Source of the DNA: Babesia bigemina
Taxonomy: Eukaryota
Reading direction: 5' to 3'
DNA: 41,654 nucleotides
NCBI RefSeq assembly: GCF_000981445.1
Contig: NW_012237372.1
Coordinates: 1-41,654 of the forward strand
A program made the position numbers and the translations under genes. Positions within the stretch are counted from its first letter, which is position 1. Each line of letters opens with the position of its first letter. Positions 33,478 through 41,654 of this stretch are shown here, in pieces. The notes under the pieces are model-generated. The model had not been told where the DNA came from. It did no database searches and saw only the letters and a list, made by a program, of their open reading frames with translations.

Positions 33478-36100
33478 GATGTAGAGTGGACAAAGGGGCG
33501 ATGTAGAGTGGGTAAAGGGGCGATGTAGAGTGGGTTAAGGAGCGATGTAGAGGAGGTGAAGGGGCGATGTAGAGTGGGTAAAGGAGCGATGTAAGGTGGG
33601 TAAAGGGGCGATGTAGAGTGGGTTAAGGGGCGATGTAGAGTGGATAAAGGGGCGATGTAGAGTGGATAAAGGGGCGATGTAGGGTGGATAAGGGGCGATG
33701 TGGAGTGGGTAAAGGGGCGATGAAGGGTGGGTAAAGGGGCGATGTAGAATGCGTTAAGGGGCGATGTAGAGTGGGTTAAGGGGCGATGTAGAGTGGGTAA
33801 AGGGGCGATGTAGAGTGGATAAGGGAGCGATGTAGAGTGGATTAGGGAGCGATGTAGAGTGGATAAAGGGGCGATGTAGAGTGGGTAAAGGGGCGATGTA
33901 GAGTGGGTTAAGGGGCGATGTAGAGTGGGTTAAGGGGCGATGTAGAGTGGGTTAAGGGGCGATGTAGAGTGGATAAAGGGGCGATGTAGAGTGGATAAAG
34001 GGGCGATGTAGAGTGGGTTAGGGAGCGATTAGAGGAGGTTAAGGGGCGATGTAGAGTGGGTTAAGGAGCGATGTGGAGTGGTTAAAGGGGCGATGTGGAG
34101 TGGATATAGGAGCGATGTAGAGTGGGTTAGGGAGCGATGTAGAGTGGATAAAGGGGCGATGTAGAGTGGGTTAGGGAGCGATGTAGAGTGGGTTAGGGAG
34201 CGATGTGGAGTGGATAAAGGAGCGATGTAGAGTGGATAAAGGAGCGATGTAGGGTGGGTTAAGGAGCGATGTGGAGTGGATTAGGGAGCGATGTAGAGTG
34301 GATAAAGGGGCGATGTAGAGTGGGTAAAGGGGCGATGTAGAGTGGGTAAAGGGGCGATGTAGAGTGGGTTAGGGAGCGATGTAGAGTGGATAAAGGGGCG
34401 ATGTGGAGTGGGTTAAGGAGCGATATAGAGTAAGTTAGGGAGCGATGTGGAGTGGGTTAAGGAGCGATATAGAGTGGATAAAGGGGCGATGTAGAGTGGG
34501 TTAGGGAGCGATGAAGAGTGGGTTAGGGAGCGATGTAGAGTGGATAAGGGGCGATGTAGAGTGGGTTAGGGAGCGATGTAGGGTGGGTTAAGGGGCGATG
34601 AAGGGTGGATAAAGGAGCGATGTAGAGTGGATAAAGGAGCGATGTAGAGTGGATAAAGGGGCGATGTAGAGTGGATAAAGGGGCGATGTAGAGTGGGTTA
34701 GGGAGCGATGTAGAGTGGATAAAGGGGCGATGTAGAGTGGATAAGGGGCGATGTAGAGTGGGTTAAGGGGCGATGTGGAGTGGATAAAGGGGCGATGTGG
34801 AGTGGGTTAGGGAGCGATGTGGAGTGGGTTAAGGGGCGATGTAGAGTGGGTAAAAGGGCGATGTAGGGTGGGTTAAGGGGCGATGTAGAGTGGGTTAAGG
34901 GGCGATGTAGAGTGGGTTAAGGGGCGATGTAGAGTGGATAAAGGGGCGATGTAGAGTGGATAAAGGGGCGATGTAGAGTGGGTTAGGGAGCGATGTAGAG
35001 TGGATAAAGGGGCGATGTAGAGTGGATAAAGGGGCGATGTAGAGTGGGTTAGGGAGCGATGTAGAGTGGATAAAGGGGCGATGTGCAGTGGGTTAAGGAG
35101 CGATGTAGAGTGGATTAGGGAGCGATGTAGAGTGGGTTAGGGAGCGATGTAGAGTGGGTTAAGGACCGATGTGGAGTGGGTTAAGGGGCGATGTAGAGTG
35201 GGTAAAGGGCGATGTAGGGTGGGTTAAGGGGCGATGTAGAGTGGGTTAAGGGGCGATGTAGAGTGGGTTAGGGGCGATGTAGAGTGGATAAAGGGGCGAT
35301 GTAGAGTGGATAAAGGGGCGATGTGAGTGCATAAAGGGAGCGATGTAGAGTGGGTTAGGGAGCGATGTAGAGTGGATTAGGGAGCGATGTGGAGTGGATA
35401 AAGGGGCGATGTAGAGTGGATTAGGGAGCGATGTAGAGTGGGTTAGGGAGCGATGTAGAGTGGATAAAGGAGCGATGTAGAGTGGGTAAAGGAGCGATGT
35501 GGAGTAGGTTAAGGGAGCGATGTAGAGTGGATAAAGGGGCGATGTGGAGTGGGTAAAGGGGCGATGTGGAGTGGATAAAGGGGCGATGTAGAGTGGGTTA
35601 AGGAGCGATGTAGAGTGGGTAAAGGAGCGATGTAGAGTGGATTAGGGAGCGATGTAGAGTGGATTAGGGAGCGATGTAGAGTGGATTAGGGGCGATGTAG
35701 AGTGGATAAGGGGCGATGTGGAGTGGGTTAGGGAGCGATGTAGAGTGGATTAGGAGCGATGTAGAGTGGGTAAAGGGGCGATGAAGAGTGGATAAAGGGG
35801 CGATGTAGAGTGGATATAGGGGCGATGTAAGGTGGGTTAAGGAGCGATGTAGAGTGGATAAAGGGGCGATGTAGAGTGGGTAAAGGAGCGATGTGGAGTG
35901 GTTCAGGGAGCGATGTAAAGTGGGTAAAGGGGCGATGTAAAGTGGATTAGGGAGCGATGTAGAGTGGGTTAAGGAGCGATTAGAGGAGGTTAAGGGGCGA
36001 TGTAGAGTGGATAAGGGAGCGATGTAGAGTGGGTAAAGGGGCCATGTAGAGTGGGTTAAGGGGCGATGTGGAGTGGGTTAAGGGGCGATGTAGAGTGGAT
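33478..36100. repeat. 22-bp G-rich minisatellite, ~119 units
   Basis: Longest array, about 2.6 kb. Confidence 0.97.
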
Positions 36101-36136
36101 TGTTAATCACCACTTAGGTCAGGTGCTTGGTCACCA

Positions 36137-36236
36137 CTGTCATCGCTGCCGTCACAATGTCATCGCTGCCGTGACCATGACATCGGTGCCGTGACCATGT
36201 CATCGCTGCCGTGACCATGTCATCGCTGCCGTGACC
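36137..36236. repeat. 20-bp minisatellite, ~5 units
   Basis: Direct tandem repeat. Confidence 0.92.
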
Positions 36237-36240
36237 TTAA

Positions 36241-36392
36241 CTTGGTCAGCACCTTGGTCATGGCATTGGTCAGCACTTTGGTCAGCACATTGGTCACCAC
36301 TTTGGTCAGCACCTTGGTCAGCACTTTGGTCAGCATTTTGGTCAACACGTTGGTCAACACTTTGGTCAGCATCTTGATCAGCACATTAGTTA
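36241..36392. repeat. 12-bp minisatellite, ~12 units
   Basis: Direct tandem repeat. Confidence 0.93.
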
Positions 36393-36511
36393 AGTACTAC
36401 ACAATCACATACAACGATAAATGAGTGATTCAAAACATTAGACAACAATTAGTTGTATAGGTGAGTAGGTGAGATGCTAGGTGAGTGTAGATAGTAGACA
36501 CGTGAGTACGA

Positions 36512-39500
36512 TTATGGCTGCAGATAAAACACCCTGTTAAGCTTGCCAACACGTGCTGCAGCCAGTAGTGATTGAGCAGCTATACGATGCGATGATGGAC
36601 TATGTAGATGCGATTTGATGTGGAGCAGGTCTAGGCGGATGACCATGATGTGGAGGAGGTAGAGGAGAGAGAGGAGCCAGAGGGCGAGGACAAGGTAGGA
36701 GAATGGTTCACGGATTCTCCACAAGATCATATCGCACTGATCGAATAGTTTGGTGAAATACGTCGATTTGACTACACTCTCCAGTTGAGTGTAGAAATGA
36801 CTGCAACGCTTCCTGTGTCTACCATCCAGCAATTTTTGAGGGTCCTTAAATGTAAACCCGTATCTGTAGAATGTGGGCAGCACGGCACGGCAACATACGA
36901 GAGCTCTGCATCTGCAATTGTGTTTGGTGCCGTGAGATGATGGTTTACATGAACATCCGGGGCACCCGAAACTTTTGCAGTTGATGCTTCCAAATGCGTC
37001 AAGTAGAGAACATAGATAATTCCAGAGATTCCATGGCAGATATATGGACCACGAAAGATACAGGTTTGCGTGTTGCTTGGCCATGAATTTATAGCAGTTG
37101 GCAGATAAGCAGTCGACGTATGGAGCGCAGTGAACATCTTGATCAGAACAGGGCGTTTTCATCGACAGGCTGGACAAGTCGGTGAGTGCAGGTAGATGCT
37201 TCTTAGGTTCATGATTCTCAACACTGCTACCATACGCTTTATTCAAGGCGTTTGTAATTTCAGCAGCGTTGTATAATTTAATGGATTGTTTGTGGACGGA
37301 TTCGTTTACCCATGTAAGTACGGGACGATTACCTGTTCCTTGCAATCCTTTAACAAGCGACATGGCAAAAGCGTAGTGTTCGGGCAATGTGGATGGCGGT
37401 TTGGGGACCAGCGTGAGCAGGCACGTAACATGGTCGTTACTTAGGAATTTGGTCAGCACGTTGCTTAGGTCTTTGCCTGTGCGCGTACCTCTCGAGAAAC
37501 GGCTGAATCCGAGGGGAGTCAAACATGGCATTCCAGGCGACGATTTGGTGCAGGTGGAACATGACGATTTGCAACCGATGGAACTCAGACTGTGAGGCAA
37601 CATGCCTCCTAGACTGTCAGTCAGGTACAGCTGCAGGGGCGACGTGCCTGAACAATCGTGACTGGACGACGGATAGATGGAAGAGTGCTCACCGCACTGC
37701 CAACAGGAAGGCTGAACCCCGCTGCCATACGTACACTGCTGCCAACCGTAATATTTTGTTTCCAGCGCGCATTGCTTTTTCAAAAATGTGAGCGGCTGCA
37801 GCATACTTCGAAGCACATCGATGATCATCTGAAGGCAGTCCTCACTGCGAGGCGGATAATACAAGTTGAGTGAGTTGTTGGAATGCTCAACGGCGTACGT
37901 GCAGTCAGCATCTCCGTGGCCGAGTACGGTGATCAATACATCTTCCGCGTAGTAGCATACTTCTGTGATGGCGTCTGTTAAATTCGCGGCGGTGATGGTT
38001 TGGGGATACGCCACCAAGGATTTGGCAGTTTGGATTTCAAGAGAGATACCGTCTACCTCAAAAGCGTCGTCTGATCTTTCAGGTTTGTCGAGCAAATCAT
38101 TGAAGCTGTTAAGCGATACGTCTTGGTAGTACGATCTGTAAGTGAGGCCAGTCAGCCAGCAGAGCATGTCGTACACGCTGCACGGTGACCTAGGCTTAGG
38201 GCGGGGAGTGAGGTGGCAGACACGGAGATACGTCTGCAGACTATTATAGATGTCGTTTAGATTTCCGACATAATATTTGTTGAACACTTTATCATCTTTA
38301 ATAAGCAGGCGTATGAGGTGGCGGCCCTGCAATTCCGAAGTGTTCCTCAACTCACCGTCCCGGTTTGCGTCAGACGTGGAAACACGGAAGCCGCACTGCC
38401 CGAACCATTTTCCGAGATCTGTCTTTGAATTAATTATTTGAGAAATCCAAGCGTATTGACACTCATTCATCAGCTTGCTGAGGTATTCAAACAGAGTGGA
38501 CAAGCAAGTAAGGAAAAGCTTGGCGCACCGGTCGGCGTCGTCGGTCAATTGAGGTTTGCCGTTAATTCTCTTAGACCACTCGACGGTCAGGCCGGAGTAG
38601 CTGTTAACGTAGGCGTGGTTGAGCTGACCACAGCAATCAGTCAGACCGGCACGTAAGGCATCTGCCAACGCGGGGTTGTGAATGCCGTTGAACTTGGAGG
38701 GGGTGAAAGTGGTGAGTTGCTTTCTCAGCGCGGTTAGGTTATCACTAAAGACTTGATCAAAGTGATTCGAGAAGGTTAATTGACTAAGTAGCTTGTCGGC
38801 ACAATATTTTACGTCATACACTTTGATAGAATTATCATTCTCGGCAGGCTTAAGGGGAGTTTTATACGGTGTCTTAACCTGCTCCTCAGTGTACTCGAGG
38901 AGAGAGTCCAATAAATACTTGAACTCCGTTGTGACTGATTCATAAGACAATGGAGTCTTGAAAAGGATGGGTGTACCATGTTGTGGGAACCACGTTTCAA
39001 TTTTGTTTAGCAGACCTTTCGTACCACTGATTTTGTCCTCGTCAATTAATTTCATGATTTCTACGTGCTGCGCACCAACCAATTCCTTGAGAGAATTCAG
39101 GTCGGCAATCTTTTGGGTAGCGAACAGTGTTCTGATATTTTTGGTGAGTTCTTTAAACGCTTTAGTTGTTTCATCGGTAAGGTGTTGCTTACCTTTGGCG
39201 ATTTGTTGTGTCAAATCCTGACCGCCGTTACGAATAGTGTTCTCAACTTCATTAATGTATTTGTCCAAGTATGAATCGGCATTATCAACTGCTGATAGGA
39301 TTGCGTCAAGTTTCTTTGTCATTTCTTGCTTCAACTCCTTCATCGCATTTTCTGCTTCATCCGTCTTCTTCTCAATAACAACATCGTCATCCAGCGCCTT
39401 CTCACCCCTTCCATTTTGAAGAATGTTGAGCTTATCAATCACGTCTTCCTTGAGATTTCCGACAGCATTATGAAGCGATTCATTTCCAGTTTGATCAATT

Positions 39501-41654
39501 AGATATTTATCAAGCTCGTTAATTTTTTTTTGCACAATGACAAATGCGTTAGTAATTTGTTGACCTATAGGGTTATCATCGCCGCCAAGCTTCAAAGGGA
39601 TTGCTTCCAAATTTTTTCTGATCCGTGTTAGATTGGCAATCTTGGAAGTCGTTCTAAATTTATCCAGTTGTAAAGCAACTTGCCTGGCGGCAGAGGCAAC
39701 AGCGGTCAGAGTAGCGTTGACTGCATCATCTAGATACGGTTTATAGGAGGAGGTAGACGCATTAGAAAAAAGCAACTCTTGATCGTCCCCAAGCTGTTGC
39801 TCAATTAGATTTATTACGTTGCTTTCGTTCTCCGTTACTGCACTTGCAAACTTATCGAGATACCTTACAGTTTCAGACAGATCTCCGTCCACTGTGGATT
39901 GAGTTCCAAGCAATATATTGGGCTTCATTTGCTTCAGCGCATCCGCAATCTTCTCCTGAATAACTAAGGTTACGTGAGAAACGATTGACGTGGTGTCATG
40001 TCCTAAACTACCATTAAAACCGTTCTTATTTCCACGTACGTACGCATCGATGTTAGTTTTTATTGGTTCGTGCTTTAGAATTTCCCTCATCCACTCTTTA
40101 ACTATATTCCCCAATGCGGTCTTTCCGTTAAACCCAACCGCATACATGCCAACTCCGCTAATAATACGCCGAATACCATTATCCCCGCCAACTATTTCAC
40201 CATTAATAAGCGTCGTAATCTCATCTCTCAGCGTACCCCAGTGCTTCACTAAACCGTCCGTTGATCCATTCCCAACCTGAGTTTTCAGAGTCGTAAACTC
40301 TTCCTGCGTTACCCTAAGCAACTCTACCATTCGCAACCTAATTGTTGCCAAATTGTTGTAGAGATGTTTTACTTTATTTCGTATCTCGTTAAAATACCCC
40401 CAAATTTTGTACGTATACTGACTGTCAAAATTTTCGACCAGAAATTTCTGCGCATCCCCTAACCTATTCTTAACAGCAGATATATGTTCTCTCTTACACT
40501 CACGCATTCGATACGTTTCCTTCAATGTATTTATAAATGCTCCATCCACTTTCACTTGAAGTTGTTGAGATTCATCTGCTATTTTCCTAAGCATCGAGAT
40601 TTCTTCATCCCTCAGAGTCTCATCCACCAACTTGGCCTGCCACCCAATAACGTCATTACCTGACGACTTTTTTAAAACATCAATCGCAGCCTCTATTTTA
40701 CCCATTGGACTGTCCAGCTTGTTTTTTAACGCATTATCTAACCCTGAATGCCCATCTTTGTTGTTCTTAAGCTTCCTCATCTCAGTCCCTAACGCTTTTA
40801 CAGCCTCCTTGAAAGCGTTATTCATAGCGTTTAAACCTTGATTCTGAACATTGTTGATTTCACCCATTTTTTCAACAATTTTGCTGTCTTTTAGCGTTGT
40901 TAATTCTTCATTTAGTTTATTTGTTAAGTCACTTGTTTTCCTCTCATACCCCTCCAGCCACCCCTTCACCGCGCCGACAGACTCCACAAGCCCAGTACGC
41001 CCGGAGCCAATATTTTTAGTTACCTCATCTAGTACTTTATTAAGTCTTTTCTCAGGTTCACTGATGTAATTATCATAAGTTGTCACTTCATTTTCGTTTT
41101 TCACCGCACCAAGCACACCACTCAAAAATCCCATCACCCCGTCACACAGCCTGTCCAAGTCGGAGTACACAATTCCAGTGCCGTCGTAGCCTTTGGACTC
41201 AGAGTTGAAGCCGAGGAATTTCTCGAGGCCGTCACATAAATTCTCTAAGAGCTTTTTAGGATCATTTGGCATAGTTTTAAGATTCTCATGAAATCCACAA
41301 AGCTCCTTCACTTTCCTCAAAGCGTCCAACTTGGACTGCAATTTGGCTGGGTCAGCAGAGGGAGAGGGGGATGGAAGAGAGTTATTAAGAGGGCTATTAA
41401 GGTTATTAATACGTTGATTAAGGTCATTAATTTCTTGACTAACTAACTTACTAAGCTCACTAATTTTCTCGGTGTCACCAGCCTGGTCAGCAGACTTGAC
41501 AGACTCAGAAAGGGTAGTAACATGAGAAGAGTAAACATCATTTAGGTCATTTTTAAGGTCTTGATTAGTGTCGAAACAAGCGATAATAGCATATATAACG
41601 GCTTTCTTAACACTCTCACTTTGACCAACAAATCCGCCAAGCTGGCCAGCAAGG
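36512..41654 (-). CDS. ves: ves-like gene A, NRVFYLQP tail, 5' end beyond the window
   Basis: The frame of ORF 36512-41341 stays open to the window edge (LAGQLGGFVGQSESVKKAVIYAIIACFDTNQDLK...PSPSADPAKLQSKL); it carries the conserved GIVYSDLDRLCDGVMGFL motif, Cys-rich domain and TM. Confidence 0.92.
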   Translation of the reverse strand, partial: LAGQLGGFVGQSESVKKAVIYAIIACFDTNQDLKNDLNDVYSSHVTTLSESVKSADQAGDTEKISELSKLVSQEINDLNQRINNLNSPLNNSLPSPSPSADPAKLQSKLDALRKVKELCGFHENLKTMPNDPKKLLENLCDGLEKFLGFNSESKGYDGTGIVYSDLDRLCDGVMGFLSGVLGAVKNENEVTTYDNYISEPEKRLNKVLDEVTKNIGSGRTGLVESVGAVKGWLEGYERKTSDLTNKLNEELTTLKDSKIVEKMGEINNVQNQGLNAMNNAFKEAVKALGTEMRKLKNNKDGHSGLDNALKNKLDSPMGKIEAAIDVLKKSSGNDVIGWQAKLVDETLRDEEISMLRKIADESQQLQVKVDGAFINTLKETYRMRECKREHISAVKNRLGDAQKFLVENFDSQYTYKIWGYFNEIRNKVKHLYNNLATIRLRMVELLRVTQEEFTTLKTQVGNGSTDGLVKHWGTLRDEITTLINGEIVGGDNGIRRIISGVGMYAVGFNGKTALGNIVKEWMREILKHEPIKTNIDAYVRGNKNGFNGSLGHDTTSIVSHVTLVIQEKIADALKQMKPNILLGTQSTVDGDLSETVRYLDKFASAVTENESNVINLIEQQLGDDQELLFSNASTSSYKPYLDDAVNATLTAVASAARQVALQLDKFRTTSKIANLTRIRKNLEAIPLKLGGDDNPIGQQITNAFVIVQKKINELDKYLIDQTGNESLHNAVGNLKEDVIDKLNILQNGRGEKALDDDVVIEKKTDEAENAMKELKQEMTKKLDAILSAVDNADSYLDKYINEVENTIRNGGQDLTQQIAKGKQHLTDETTKAFKELTKNIRTLFATQKIADLNSLKELVGAQHVEIMKLIDEDKISGTKGLLNKIETWFPQHGTPILFKTPLSYESVTTEFKYLLDSLLEYTEEQVKTPYKTPLKPAENDNSIKVYDVKYCADKLLSQLTFSNHFDQVFSDNLTALRKQLTTFTPSKFNGIHNPALADALRAGLTDCCGQLNHAYVNSYSGLTVEWSKRINGKPQLTDDADRCAKLFLTCLSTLFEYLSKLMNECQYAWISQIINSKTDLGKWFGQCGFRVSTSDANRDGELRNTSELQGRHLIRLLIKDDKVFNKYYVGNLNDIYNSLQTYLRVCHLTPRPKPRSPCSVYDMLCWLTGLTYRSYYQDVSLNSFNDLLDKPERSDDAFEVDGISLEIQTAKSLVAYPQTITAANLTDAITEVCYYAEDVLITVLGHGDADCTYAVEHSNNSLNLYYPPRSEDCLQMIIDVLRSMLQPLTFLKKQCALETKYYGWQQCTYGSGVQPSCWQCGEHSSIYPSSSHDCSGTSPLQLYLTDSLGGMLPHSLSSIGCKSSCSTCTKSSPGMPCLTPLGFSRFSRGTRTGKDLSNVLTKFLSNDHVTCLLTLVPKPPSTLPEHYAFAMSLVKGLQGTGNRPVLTWVNESVHKQSIKLYNAAEITNALNKAYGSSVENHEPKKHLPALTDLSSLSMKTPCSDQDVHCAPYVDCLSANCYKFMAKQHANLYLSWSIYLPWNLWNYLCSLLDAFGSINCKSFGCPGCSCKPSSHGTKHNCRCRALVCCRAVLPTFYRYGFTFKDPQKLLDGRHRKRCSHFYTQLESVVKSTYFTKLFDQCDMILWRIREPFSYLVLALWLLSLLYLLHIMVIRLDLLHIKSHLHSPSSHRIAAQSLLAAARVGKLNRVFYLQP

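Noticed and set aside
33478..36100. True telomere or chromosome end
   Set aside because: GGGTTAGGG is only part of a 22-bp unit, and the arrays are internal and flanked by genes
11091..41069. Many 60-155-aa ORFs overlapping the ves genes
   Set aside because: Antisense or alternate-frame shadows with no independent conservation apart from the duplicated block
10913..41341. Bacterial Ebh/SMC/myosin-type identity for the large ORFs, and TTG/GTG starts from the ORF track
   Set aside because: Any such resemblance would come from generic helical composition; the Cys-rich domain, TM and LDxLHIxSH tail are ves-like, and non-ATG starts are ORF-caller artifacts for a eukaryote
1..41654. Transposon or retroelement explanation for the repeated cassette
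   Set aside because: No transposase, reverse transcriptase or integrase ORF, terminal inverted repeats or target-site duplications were seen; the pattern fits tandem duplication and gene conversion

Overview
Eukaryotic AT/GC-mosaic DNA that reads as a variant-surface-antigen array of a Babesia sensu stricto piroplasm. The motifs most resemble B. ovata/B. bigemina ves-superfamily genes, which are often auto-annotated as 'ebh'-like; this species assignment is from recall and was not searched. Five large ves-like genes (A 36512->41654, B 28088-33415, C 21413-27136, D 10913-16732, E 1077-5820) lie head-to-tail on the minus strand. All share a GLExFLGFN..KGY.G.GIVYSDLDRLCDxVMGFL motif, a long helical region, a Cys-rich C-terminal domain, one TM helix and a ...YLQP tail. 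The four genes whose 5' ends are visible all have broken 5' ends (no in-frame ATG, an internal stop, or an out-of-frame leader), and they are mosaics of one another. Each of these genes is preceded, in transcript orientation, by the same ordered minisatellite cassette: 12-mer, then 20-mer, then G-rich telomere-like 22-mer, then a conserved leader. Adjacent arrays carry each other's core motifs in inverted orientation. The two genes ending AKISYLQP are each followed by an extra module: a 24-bp hairpin repeat, a ~500-bp conserved spacer, tandem ~75-bp units each containing a ~35-nt GT-AG mini-intron and a 4-codon uORF, and a small hypervariable 18-Cys single-TM gene followed by orphan copies of a TM-tail segment. 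This companion module is the most novel-looking element. No RNA genes, CRISPR arrays or transposon ORFs were seen. Array boundaries and unit counts are by-eye estimates.
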